From NCBI GenBank assembly GCA_000697335.1, contig JNEM01008402.1, positions 1 through 45,514 on the forward strand: a stretch of DNA of 45,514 nucleotides, given 5' to 3'. The notes beneath the pieces are model-generated. The model was not told the DNA's origin. It saw only the letters and a list, made by a program, of their open reading frames with translations, and made no database searches. The stretch's first letter is position 1, and each line of letters begins with the position of its first letter. Source of the stretch: Conidiobolus incongruus B7586. Its lineage: Eukaryota. The position numbers were made by a program, and so were the translations under genes. Shown in pieces: positions 13,429-26,263 of this stretch.

Positions 13429-14325
13429 ATGAATGAAGAGGCTACACTATTTTCTTTGGCAGCTATTGAGAAGGGTAAAGGTTTTAATTTAATTGATGAT
13501 GAAGATTTTGCATTTTTAAACGTTTATAAAATGCCTGTTAAAAGGAGAACAAGGCGGATTAAACTAAGGGATTGGATATGTTCTCCAGTATTTCAGTATT
13601 TTATGTCTGGATTAGTCGTTCTTAATTTATGTTTATCTATCACAGAATTCGTTATGGGTATTTTTATAGCCAATGGTACCGTTAAAAATATTCATCGGGT
13701 GGAGTTTGCTCAGGATACTATTTTAAAAGTGAATTTAGGGTTATTAGCATTATTCAATGTGGAAGTGTTAGTGAGAGGTGGGTTAATTGGCTATAAATTA
13801 TATTTTCAAGATGGATGGAATGTATTTGATTTTGTGATTATTTTTCTGTCTTGTATCCTAGAAGCCTTGTATCTAGTGGATTTTTTGAAGGCTTTACAGA
13901 AAGCAGTCACTGTGGGGATGGCGTTTCGACTTTGGAACGCGCTTAGAATCGTTCATTTAATAGGAAGAACTTTGACAAATCAAGAACAAGCTAGGTTGGA
14001 TGTGGCTCAAGAGCATTATCGGTCGATTAAATTGAAGCTTGATGACTTAAAAGGTATGAATTCAAGGTTAACTAAGGAGAAGCTTCGATACCAAAAGAAA
14101 CTGGCCAAATTTGAAAAAGAGCTGGAGCAAATTCAAGCTGAGAACATAAATTTCCATAAAGAATCATGGCAGATGATGGTTCCTATTCACAATTCCTTAA
14201 ATATTCGCTCGAATTACATTAAGGACAAGTCTCTAAGTCGTGTTCCTTCGCTAACCTATTCCAACACAAGTTCAGATTTCTCATTTTCTTCTAACAGACG
14301 TAATTCAGCACTTTGGTTTATATAA
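13429..14325 (+). CDS. Hv1-like stand-alone voltage-sensing-domain protein with C-terminal coiled coil and a non-canonical filter
   Basis: Four TM helices: S1 LVVLNLCLSITE, S2 LALFNVEVLVR, S3 WNVFDFVIIFLSCILE, S4 FRLWNALRIVH (Hv-type RxWxxxR). No pore domain. A heptad-rich coiled coil follows S4. Confidence 0.75.
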   Translation: MNEEATLFSLAAIEKGKGFNLIDDEDFAFLNVYKMPVKRRTRRIKLRDWICSPVFQYFMSGLVVLNLCLSITEFVMGIFIANGTVKNIHRVEFAQDTILKVNLGLLALFNVEVLVRGGLIGYKLYFQDGWNVFDFVIIFLSCILEALYLVDFLKALQKAVTVGMAFRLWNALRIVHLIGRTLTNQEQARLDVAQEHYRSIKLKLDDLKGMNSRLTKEKLRYQKKLAKFEKELEQIQAENINFHKESWQMMVPIHNSLNIRSNYIKDKSLSRVPSLTYSNTSSDFSFSSNRRNSALWFI

Positions 14326-15171
14326 ATAATTTATAATGTTATCAATTAAAATAGTAATATCCGATTGATTCTCTTATTACTATTTTTATTGATTATATTT
14401 ATTTTTAATAACTTAAATAAATTCATTTTAGTTATTATATTATATCAAAATATATATTATTTTTTAAATTTATTGTTTAAAATAGAACAAAATACAGGTT
14501 ACTCATCTCTTATGATACTCCATAGATATGACATACATGAATTAATGTTAGTAACTTCATTTATTCTACAATATAACCAAATTTATTCGATCTTTTCTAT
14601 ATCTTTGAACTATAGTTAGTATGCATTTTGATATTTTGTAAAATTGTAAGCCTATTTCAATAGCTATTAAATCCATAAAAACATTACTGTATATAACAAT
14701 GAGATAAATGATTAAAATATAAATCTTTAACATTAAAAGTTTTTATAATGTAAATCTTAACGATTTACGAATTATTCATCATAAATGTTAATATATTCAA
14801 AACCAAGGATTTTAAAGATCAAATTTAGGAAAATTCTACTAATTTGACTTCAAATTGATTTTAAATAAATTAATAAATTAGAAACTCAAATTGAATTAGC
14901 TTTAACATTATTAAATATAAATTGAAGATCTTATAAAATAAGAGTTTAAATCTATTAAATATATTTTCCAAATAGTATATGTTGATTAACTCTATTTGAT
15001 TACATCTTAATTCATATCAATTTAATATTTCTAATAACAGATCATTTAAAGTAGAATGGCTAAGCAATAAATATGGATAATCGCTTAACACAAAACATTG
15101 GCATAGTATAAATAAAATCATCAAGGACATTATTTTGTAATTTTAATAATTTACTCTAATAAAATTGAAAA

Positions 15172-16593
15172 ATGTTGCTATTGAGCAAATATGTAATATT
15201 ATTAAGCTTATTAATAAGTAAAATCAATTGTGCGGGAGCTAGTATACCACCAATTCCTTTTAGCTTAAAAAGTATAATATCTGAAAGTACCCCACTTTTT
15301 TTCAATCAAACTTTAGATCATAACAACCCATCAAATGGTGCTACATTCAGTCAGAGATACTATGTTAATTCAGATTATTACAAATTGGGAGGTCCTGCAT
15401 TTCTGTACATCAGCGGAGAAAATGAACTCAGTGCATCATCGATCACTTCAGGATTGGCAGCAACATTGGCCAAAAAGTTTGGAGGAATCGTATTCGGATT
15501 GGAGCATCGATTCTATGGCAAGAGTCAACCTTTCAACAGTTTGACAGCTGATAACCTGTCATACTTAACATCGGATCAGGCATTATCAGATTTGGTTAAC
15601 TTTGTTAAAAATATAATTAATCCAACTACTAAACAGCCATTCGATTCTAATACAAAGTGGATAACGATTGGTGGAAGTTATGCTGGCAATCTGTCTGCTT
15701 GGGCCAGAATGATGTACCCAGATATTTTTTTCGGAGCGTTAGCATCTTCAGCACCTCTGAAAGTAAAAGAAGATTTCTTTGAATATGATGAAGAAGTTCA
15801 AAAGGCAATAGGTTCCGAATGTCTCCCATTAGTCAAACTAGTTACCGACTTAGTTGAAGCTATTGTTTTATCCCAAGATCAACAGCAAATCCAAAATTTG
15901 AAGAAAATGCTAACTTGCGAAGAAATCGATGATCCCATACTCCTTTTGTATACTTTTTCAGATTTAGTATCAAATATTGTTCAATATAGTAATCCAAGTA
16001 TGCCAAACAATATTCAAAGTATGTGTGAAGGTTTCAAAAATGTCCATGGACCAGAAGAACAATTGAAGTATTTTAGTGGTGTATTCAAAAAAGAGTTGGA
16101 AAAGATGGGCAAAACGTGTTACCAATTTACATCATATGAAAGTTTACTCTCTCTGATACCTTCTGAAATGCGATCATTCCGACAGTGGACTTATCAGTGT
16201 TGCACTGAGTTCGGATATTGGCAAACTGCACCCCACAAACCAGGCCAAAAATCCTTGCGTTCAAGTTTACTCACCAAGGAATGGTTCAAAAAATTTTATT
16301 GTGGCCCCAAGGTCTTTGGGAAGGAAGTGGGCCCTTCCAATACCAAGCAAATTCGGGAGAGATATATTAAAAATGGGACAATGCCTAGGATCATATTTTC
16401 TAATGGGGAGAATGATCCTTGGAAAGCATTATCGATTACTAAGCGTGCTAGATCTAACTTGGATCAACCTGTTTATATTATTCAAGGCGGGAGTCATGTA
16501 ACTGATCTTGGTCCAGATTATCCTAAAGATTCGGAGAGTTTAAAACATGTAAGAAATAGTATAGCTGCAGATATCGGGCGATGGCTATCATAA
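15172..16593 (+). CDS. Secreted serine peptidase, family S28 (prolylcarboxypeptidase/thymus-specific serine protease-like)
   Basis: Signal peptide, QTLDH..TFSQRY, LEHRFYGKS, GGSYAG (Ser), NGENDPW (Asp), GGSHVTDL (His). Intronless, 473 aa. Confidence 0.92.
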   Translation: MLLLSKYVILLSLLISKINCAGASIPPIPFSLKSIISESTPLFFNQTLDHNNPSNGATFSQRYYVNSDYYKLGGPAFLYISGENELSASSITSGLAATLAKKFGGIVFGLEHRFYGKSQPFNSLTADNLSYLTSDQALSDLVNFVKNIINPTTKQPFDSNTKWITIGGSYAGNLSAWARMMYPDIFFGALASSAPLKVKEDFFEYDEEVQKAIGSECLPLVKLVTDLVEAIVLSQDQQQIQNLKKMLTCEEIDDPILLLYTFSDLVSNIVQYSNPSMPNNIQSMCEGFKNVHGPEEQLKYFSGVFKKELEKMGKTCYQFTSYESLLSLIPSEMRSFRQWTYQCCTEFGYWQTAPHKPGQKSLRSSLLTKEWFKKFYCGPKVFGKEVGPSNTKQIRERYIKNGTMPRIIFSNGENDPWKALSITKRARSNLDQPVYIIQGGSHVTDLGPDYPKDSESLKHVRNSIAADIGRWLS

Positions 16594-17483
16594 AGTAGAA
16601 ATTAAAATCTTTTTAATATACATTTTTGAATTATGAAAAATAAATTATCAAATAATAATCTATTAACTGTTATATAAATTATATATTTTCAAAATTTTAC
16701 TTATTTTACCAATTTTTGAATGAATAACTATTAGCATCAAGACTATGAATCATATTTATGTTTTCAATATTAGATATATCATATTATTTTCGTACAAATA
16801 ATTAGAGATATATAATACTTAATTCAATTCAATGCTCTTTTTATCATGTATTATATATAATATATTTCTTTAGCACTTCTTATATGATTATATTCCTATT
16901 ATGTATTAATTTCCTTTTATAAAATAGGGACAACCTTTATACAAATAATCGAATTTAATCACTCTCTGTGTTTGTAATTTCATATAGTTTTAATAAATTA
17001 TTTATTTGATTCAAGTAATAATCAAAAAAATCATTTATTTTAAATTTTAAAAGAAAAATATTTAATATATTCTAAATAACTCAAGCATCAATTTTTTAAA
17101 TATTAACTGTGTTGTTAATTTGCAAGTATTGACATCAATTTTGATAATAGTTAAAAAAATATAATAATTTGATATATAGTGGAGGAATTGGAAATCAAAA
17201 TTGAATTTGAACGGTTTGTAACAATAATACACATTAATTTTTTTTCACTGTTTCAAATATATTCTCTAGAATATATGAAATAGAAATCAAATGATGGATA
17301 AATTGCTTATATCATTCAAAAATATTAGTAAATTAAAGAATAGATACTCTCAAGGAATAGTTTGAACAACATAAAATAATAAACCTAATAATGATAATGT
17401 ATTATTATTAAATGATATTTTACTTATGTTTTATATATATAATTGGTAAAAATAACACATTAGAGTGATCGATTAAAATTGAT

Positions 17484-18838
17484 CTAAAGTTCTTCATCTT
17501 CAGCATCATCATCTTTCTTAGAATCTTCCTTATCTTTGGATTCTTCGTCAACTTCCTCACCTTCTTCACCCTCTTCAGCTTTCTTGGCCTTTTCTTCTTC
17601 TTCGGCCTTCTTACGTTCTTCTTCAGCCTTCTTTTCAGCTTCTTCGTCAGCCTTCTTCTTGGCTTCCTTTTCAGCGGCTTGCTTGACGACAAAGTTCTTT
17701 TCAGAGAATTCCTTGGCGTATTTAACGTCGTCTGTTATGAGGATATCATCAAAGATAGAGCCGGACTTGACTTGCCAGAGATCGAAACCAATGTAATTGG
17801 AGGTGTATTTACCAATAGACTTATCTTCCTTGTATTCTGGATTGGGAATCTTCTTGGGAGCCCATTCACCCTTGTATTCTGGATTGGCGATTTGCTTAGG
17901 AGCCCATTCACCCTTGTAATCGGGGTTGGGAATAAGAGGAGCTTCCCATTCACCATCAGCATCATCATCCCAGTCTTCAGGCTTCTTGGCATCGGGATCA
18001 ACAATAGTTTCAGGACCATCAACCCAGTCGTCGGGCTTCTTGTCTTCAGGATCAGGAATGAATTGATCTTCAACCCAGTCTTCAGGCTTCTTGTCTTCAG
18101 GATCGTCGATTTCCTTAGGGGGAAGGACAGTCCAGTCGTCGGTAATATTACCAGAGACAGATTCTTCATTGTCGACTAAAATCTTGTAGGTTTGATCAGG
18201 ATGGATGATCAAAGTGTATTGGTGAGAGAAAGAATCATCGGGAACATCGACGTGCTTAGTGATAAGATGGTTTTCATCCTTGTAGTTGAGAATAGCGTGA
18301 ACCTTACGGTCAGAACCACAAATATCAGGCTAAAAAGATGGATAAATAAATCTATATTATAATTTTTAGTATATAATAAACAGATACTTACACCAAACAT
18401 AATATTATATTTGGAATCATCTTTGAATTTTTTCTGATCAAGTTCTTCCAAAATCTATTCACAAGACAAAAGCTCTAGTTAAGTTACAAACTGGTAACAT
18501 GGGATATTTACCTTAACATAACCACCACCACATTCAACAGACTTTTCAAACTTGGCAGAGAATTGAATAACTAAGTCTTTATCAGAGTTATCAAGGGGAG
18601 AGTCGAAAGGAGCAGAAATAGAGTAGAAACGAGCGTCTTCAGAGGTTTGTAAACCTTGAGAAGCTTTCTTATCGCCATAGTATTCACCAGAGCCTAATTG
18701 AAATTTACCGTAGTCCTCCTTAGCTTCAGATTGAACCCACTTCTTGGGGATACTGTCACCAGAGAAAGTTTCTTCAAAGTATACCTTACCAGAGACGGCA
18801 GATAATAATAAGGCAGAGATGAAGGATAATTTATTCAT
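17484..18838 (-). CDS. CRT: Calreticulin, 3 exons: 18838-18512, 18454-18392, 18329-17484
   Basis: Signal peptide, GLQTSEDARFY, ECGGGYVK, YNIMFGPDICG, P-domain repeats (DPEDKKPEDW, GEWAPKQI), IGFDLWQVKSGSIFDDILITDD, acidic tail ending DEEL. No TM segment, so not calnexin. Confidence 0.95.
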
Positions 18839-21157
18839 TATTGTGTAAATGACAATATTAGTCAAAGATTATAAAATTAGGAAATGAATCGAGCACGAAG
18901 TAGGTGACTTGGTTTGATTATATATTCCAATAAATGAGAAAATCCCAATACCAATTGATACCAGTTGAATTCACATTATTTTTTAAAATCTACCAATGAT
19001 ATGTGGACATGTAAAATTCGATACGAATCATCAGTTAATTTGTTCTATTAACATTGAAAATTCTAGAAAATCAAGTTAATTATTTATCTAAACATTGACC
19101 ATATGATTAATTTCATTATATTATCAATATTAATTATTAATAAGGTATTGAATATATCATTTTCAATATAATTTTTATATTATTGCTCAGTTTATCCAAA
19201 CATTTGGACTATTAAACTATTTTCAAAACCATAAATTTACATGGAAAATATATCTGATTTAATAATTTTAAATTTAGTCAAAATTAATATACTTATGTTA
19301 ATCAATACACCAGTCAAGTTATTAATCCACAAGATAAACTAAAATGATACATAAAATTCAATATATATTATTAAATTTCATTTTAATAAATTATTAAAAA
19401 TTTCCAAATAATTTGATTTATGAATAATATGACAATCATTTCGAAACTCTCTACACATTAGTATTCATAACAGATTTTAGTTGATATATGAAAATTAACC
19501 ATATCCTATGTTATAAATATCTCATCAAAATTAGTATGGAATAACTAAAAGGTAATATATAATCCTACCAATTATATGCTAGAATGTGGAAGCTAAAATC
19601 AAAAGTTGAAATTAGATTATTCAAAATACTTTTTTATTTTTATATGGCATTATAGTATTTTCAATTTTGTTAAATATAATGAATTTTTTACATATTTGAA
19701 TATAATTTTAGGATTATCTCAATAGTAGTATAACAAATAGAGAGTGTTTTTTAACTTTCATATTAATCAATAAGGCCCAATATTATTTTTTAGCATTACT
19801 CGCTTGTATGGAAATATTGCTTATTTGTAACGAATTATAGATATAAGGAAAGTTTAATGAAAATTCAAATGAAAACGGGTTTAAATTTTATGCAAGAATA
19901 TTTGGTAAATATTTTTATAATAGAGGCTTGATTTGGACATTGGAGTATCAGAATAATTTTATACTTCAAAATTATCTATCAACCTTTTCGTGTTAAGTAA
20001 ATATATGTAGAAAATTTGATGTTGTGGGTGATTATTGATTAAAATTAATTTCTATGACTCACTTCGTTTATGATTATCATTGATAATCAGATATTTGAAT
20101 CATGTTATTTTTAAATTTCAATTTTCTAGATATTTTTCAGTTATTTAAACAGTTGTATATATTCAAAATAACATAAATAACAAGAAATACAATTCATTTA
20201 AGCTTATTAATTTTAACCTCTGGCTTTGAGTGTAATTCGTATTTTTTTTTATTTTGATCAATAATTAGATTTATTGTTTTTTAGTACTTAATTCTTTATT
20301 TTTATTGTTAATATTTTGATTTTAAAAATGATTAAAATAATGAATCAATAACGAATTAATTATTTATATTATAATTGAATAAATTTGATAACATTTAACC
20401 AATGTTTTATGTTGATATATTGATAGATTATGCTTTCTAAATAATCATATGCCTAGATAAATTAAATAGATAAGATTTTATTCTTTTAAAAAAATAAGAT
20501 GATAAAAAATTCCAAAATATAATTAAATTTCATATTTGGATATTCGTTCTCAATAAAATAAATCATTAAATACTTCAAATTTATTAAATTTTGAAATAGT
20601 ATTACTCTGGGAAATAGTGAATCAGTGAATAAATAAATAAAGGTTATATTGCAAATTGATGATCATATACTTTCAAAGTATAGAATAAATATGAAGCAAA
20701 TGATGAAAATATTGAGATCATGACATTAGGGATTCGTGTAAATAGTTATAATATAACCGATATTATAAATCAGAAAATCTGATTAAATAATAATTGTAAT
20801 TAAGTATGAGCTAAAACATTTTAGTATAGTATTGATATAAATCATAATATAAAATATATGATGTTGCCAAAATAAAGAGAATAATGATGAAAGATTTATC
20901 CCATAATTCCAATTAAATAAATTCAAGAATCAAATTAAATTATAAATTTAGGTGTATGAAAAATTACCTAATCAAAATTAAAAATCAGTTAAAAACTATC
21001 TACAAAATTAATATAAAAATAGATAATTCCATTTCAATTTAAATAACTGATTATCTATTATTATTACTAAATTTACACCAATATATTACTATTTAACATA
21101 TATATCAAATTGAATTTGAGGAAAAATTCGGATCAGATCATAAAATAAATTATCAAA

Positions 21158-21689
21158 ATGAAATTGGTTAGGTAAATATTAATTTAATTATTTTTTAAAC
21201 AATATTTAATATTAATTATTTCTTTTTAATTTTAATTAGATTTTTAATGAAACTTAGTAATGAAGTAGTTACTATTGAATTAAAAAATGGTACCAATGTC
21301 AACGGAACTATAACAGGTAAACAAAATTTATTAATTGTAATAATATGAATTGATACTGATTTTTGAGTAGGTGTTGATATGAGTATGAATACTCATTTAA
21401 AAAATGTTAAAATGACTGTTAAAAATAAAGACCCTATCAGTTTAGACTCTTTAAGTATTCGAGGCAATAATATTCGTTATTATATTTTACCTGATAGTTT
21501 ACCCCTCGATACTTTATTGGTGGATGATACTCCTAAAACTAAGGCTAAAAAGAAAGATGGTAATTTATTAGTATATTTTATTTTTATATTGATATTAATT
21601 ATAATTTTTTAGCTGCTCTCGGTAGAGGTAGAGGTAGAGGAATTCGTGGAAGAGGTAGAGGTCGTGGTCGCGGTAGAGGTGGTCGTTAA
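21158..21689 (+). CDS. SMD1: Small nuclear ribonucleoprotein Sm D1, 4 exons: 21158-21171, 21240-21316, 21371-21559, 21613-21689
   Basis: [34 protein letters not shown]...[21 protein letters not shown] with an RG-repeat tail. Three GT-AG introns. Confidence 0.96.
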
Positions 21690-22069
21690 TGCATTATTAA
21701 ACTTTATATTTTTATGAAAATGATTCAATATATTTTTACTTTTGAAATATTTTTAAAAGTTTTTATTATAATTTTAATTAATTATTTTTCTGATTATTTG
21801 AATTAGCTATATTAAATCTTTTATGCATTATAAATTATAGTATTGTTAATTATTTTAGAACTAAGCTTCTTTCCATTATTATGACTTCATCATGACTAAA
21901 TATTGGAAAATATTTTATAGATTCTATTTGGGTGATATTAAAATATAATTTTTATTAAATTTTAGTTTCAAATTTTAAATATAACTAACATCTTAACAGA
22001 AGATTTTTTATATATAATTTCATTGTATTCATTCAAATTATTTTTTCGATTTAATCATAATAGAGAGTA

Positions 22070-23900
22070 TCAAATAAAATATCCAATGAAATAATGATGG
22101 CGCTGAATTATATGTGTCAAATTTGGTCCTAATTGATTCTCAGTATGGACACTCCATTCATACCTTACTCTTTTATCCTTTCCATATCTCCAAATATCTA
22201 CTACCGATTTTTCACCTCGACGAACAGTTGAGAGATATCTAATTAGGAAATATAGTGGGAACCAACTGAACATACCAGGAGAATGTATTTGAGGATTAAT
22301 TGAAATGATCACGTTTTTATATAGAATAGCTTTAAATTAGCCTGCCAAGCCATGAACAATTCCGTCAACTGGAATGTTAAAAGTGAATTGGGAATGGCGA
22401 CAGTTGTGGAGATTGGTATGAGGCTGAGCTTCAGGATTGAGATGTAAAAATTTCCACACGTGTTCAGGGCCAATTAAATGATATACTGCTTGAGAAATGG
22501 CAAAGCAGGGTGAACGAAATTTAGCTTCCTCTTGATAGCTTTGAGCATTATTGTACAGCTTTGTAGATGATAAGAGTGCCAAATACAAGGTATAATCACT
22601 TAGAATGGAAATTTCATTCGGTTTGAGACATTTTTGAACACCATTGAGATATTCTGGACTAAATTCGTTATCTCCAAAGGAGGTTTCTACGCGATCATAC
22701 CATTCTGCTGTTTTTTATACTGTAAAGTAACAAATAGATTAGGGTTCTTTTCAACAAACAATATTTTAACTGTTCTATTTACGAGGTTGGCAGCTCTTAA
22801 ACTACAATCAATGAGAAGACCACGAACAGCCCCAACAAGCATGATGGAAATGGAGGAATCGCTGGGACGATCCTGAAGTGCATGATAGACAGCTTGCTTA
22901 TATTGACTATATTTCACAGGATCCTGTTCGAATACCTAATAAGTTAAAAAATTCAAATGATGCATAAGGGGCTGTAAGGGAGCTTGTAAACAATCTTGGC
23001 AACCATCAGCGATATCGTCAGTTCCTTGATTTTCTTCTAATTAATATTTTTTACTGAATGATGTAGCTCCATTGGATTTGGAGAATAAAAATCTTAAATA
23101 TTTGTTTTAGCTGGATATTCTTTCATCTCCGGTGTGATTAGAATAGACTTTTTGATAGTCTGATGCTGATATCAAATATTTGGGATTGAGCTATACGAGA
23201 GCTTGATTAGAATATAATGACAACTGTGATAAGCTTAAAATGCTTACTTTTAATGTACTAGCGATGCGTTCCTGAACGAATATAGACAAAGCTGGGAAAC
23301 TTTTTTTATTAAAGATAAAACGAGTAGTAGAAATAATGATCAATTTATAGGATCTGCAATCCATTGACTGAAGTTGTGTAATTGAATGATTGGATCAGAG
23401 GGTAATCTTAATACTAACTGTTATAGTTTAATGATTTAGTAAATTAGTAATAAATTGATTATCTATGTAAATACAAGGGTTTTGATTACAAATATATCAC
23501 AATTAATTCAAAAGATTCCAATAGATACTTGTAAATCAACAGGAACAACAACCTATAATGGATAATAAATACAATTTAAATAATACTAAAAAGCATAATA
23601 TTACTTTTGTATAATTGGCTTTTAACAATATTTGATTTAAATTAAACCAGTATAAATTTAAACCAATATCATTATTCAGTGAGCATTAAAAAATAAAATG
23701 ATTACACTATTCAAATTCTTTATTACCTGACTATACAAATAGTATTGATTAATATTATTTTTGAATATAATGTATTAACAAGTCTATTACTAATTTTCCA
23801 AATAACCGACATTGGTTACTTTCGACATTATTCTTATCTGATTTTTTAAATTGAATTAATTCGGTGCATTTAACTGAATAAAAGCTGGAATATTCTATAT
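22070..23900 (-). pseudogene. PRMT5: Protein arginine N-methyltransferase 5 (PRMT5/Skb1/Hsl7) pseudogene
   Basis: Motifs in order: FIFNKKSFPAL, LQAPLQPLMHHL..TY*VFEQDPVKYSQY (TAG at 22936-22938), GAVRGLL (cf. GAGRGPL), VEKNPN, SFGDNEFSPE, HGLAG*F (TAA at 22337-22339), HSPGMFSWFPLYF. There are frameshifts and a deletion of the DMR..ADIIVSELLG segment near 22685. The 5' boundary is uncertain. Confidence 0.88.
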
Positions 23901-26263
23901 TAAAAATTTATTTATTATAACTTTTTATACACTAGCAATTTAATAAAAATAATTATCTGCAATCGTCAAAAGTAAATCATTTAAATTCCAGCTACTGGTC
24001 TCCAACTGATTTAAATCATTGTCTATATTTTTTGATAGACAGCTTAAATATAAGCTATATCCTTCCCTTTGAACTTATTTACATAAATTATGAATATATG
24101 AGGGGTAGGCATTGTTATCCTTAAATTAATAGTAATAGCCTACAGGAATGGACTTAAAATCTTTTCTCATATTTTCTAATACATAACTAGATACAATTTA
24201 TTAGTATCAATTTATGTTTTTGTGGTTAGTAATACCTTAAAGTCTATTTTTTCATCGGGAAAGGATTTATTTGACAACTTATTGGATGAAATAATAAAAC
24301 CGCAGCATCGCTTAGAAAATACCAAGTATACGTAATAGATATGTAGCATATCATATATTTCCAGTTCATCCAAATGGATAACTGTAGTAATCCCTGGGAC
24401 AGGACCCAATTCATTTAATTTCTTGCTAAAGGAGCATATAAAACAAATGTAGGCAAAACGTAAACAGACATGAGATGGCAATCTTAAAACGAGAAAGAAC
24501 CAGAGGACACAGGCATACAAAGTGTGGGCAGCCACCTTGAAAGAAAAGTGACTTAGAGGTCAGTCGACCTTCACAGAGCAGTCAAGCTTAGCACATGCGA
24601 TGGAACTCGAGACAGAAGAGGAGATATCAATTCGGTGTATGTCATTGATAGACAAGCCTTTGAGGTGGCATTATTCGTCGAGTAAGGGTTATAAGAAGCC
24701 CTCAATACGTTAAAGTTTAATCATTTACCCTCTTTTAATATTTTCTAATTGGATATTTCTCAAATTAATTTTTATGGGATCATTTTTCGAAAATTCACTT
24801 AGTTTGAATAATATTTTCAAATTATCAAATATATATTTATAATAGTTGGTATAAGTATTGATGTGTATAGACTGATATTATTATCAAGGTATCAAGGATA
24901 TAATCTTATCACCAGAACTACTATTATTTATATATATTCTGTAGTATGAAATTTTTTAATTCATTGATACTAGCATTTAAACTACAACATATTAAATTGA
25001 TCAACGCATATAATAAACAAACAATGAAATAATTCAATGGTATTTGATGATGTTATTAATTTTATATTATATTAAAATGACTTCAATAATTGATTCTAAA
25101 ACTTGTGTTTATGTTCAAAACTTTATAGAATAGTTAATATTTCTTTTTTGATGATTTGTCTTTAAATTGTACACTTAATCTTTAATAATATATTTGATTT
25201 ATTACATAGAATTTTTAAAATTTTTCAATATATAACATAAATAAGTAAAGTTGTTAAGAAATATTTCAAAGCAATAATTTACGAGGTTTATTGGTAATCT
25301 TGATGTATGATGATGGTTATACATAATATTATAATAAATGTAATTTGATAGAAATTCAATTAGGATGAAAATAGTTTATGTAAAGAATTTTTTACACCAA
25401 GATTTATATAATGACTGTTTTTTATACTAATATAATCAATTTCATTATTTTTTCTTATCTAAACAAATATTTTTACAATAAATAGCTTGTATAATAACGA
25501 AATGAATCATCATTAAAAATTACGAATATTTAAGTTGTATCAAAATTCGTTTCTTCAATAAAGTCATTTTTTATTATTGAATCTGTTGATTTCTGTTTTT
25601 CAAATTTCAAATTCCCTGAAATATTTTATATTAATCGATAATTGTAGGCTTATTAATATTAACACATTTTTTTGTAAATGATTTTATCATCACATTATAT
25701 AGATTATGACTTGAACAGTTGATTAAATATGAATTTCAAAATATAAAATTTTATATACTATATTTAGTTACAATTAAAATATATAACTTAATTTAACTTT
25801 TAATATTCAAGTATTTTGAAGATGGAAATAATCTAAATTAAGAAACTGAAATATTCGTATCGATGATATATACCAAATTAAGAAATTATTTGATAAACAA
25901 ATTCCATTTCATGATAACCATTATATATAATTTATATTATGGGATTATTAAGTTAATTTTACTAATAATTTCATAAATCATAAAGAGTGATTACGCAAAC
26001 ATCTAAACCTTCAAATTTAGCATTTCCATTTAAACAATTTGTACAGTTCATTAATATAATCATTAATTCTTATTGATTTTATTAATTCCATTATTATAAC
26101 AAATATTAAATCATCTCTTATTCGATTTCAATTTCATTACTTTGATATCAACCTATATAAGATCTGTAAGTATTACTAATTTCACTAAATTACTTCAAGT
26201 CACTAATTATATTTAGGTTTATCAATCGACAACTTTTGAACATAAATAAGTATCATTTAAAAT

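Noticed and set aside
14365..14619. 84-aa ORF rich in I/L/F/N/Y
   Set aside because: Composition mirrors AT-rich intergenic DNA, and it starts at TTG rather than ATG.
22070..22940. Stop-codon reassignment or read-through as the explanation for in-frame stops in PRMT5/NAT
   Set aside because: Frameshifts, a deletion and catalytic-motif damage co-occur, and intact genes in the window use TAA, TAG and TGA as normal stops.
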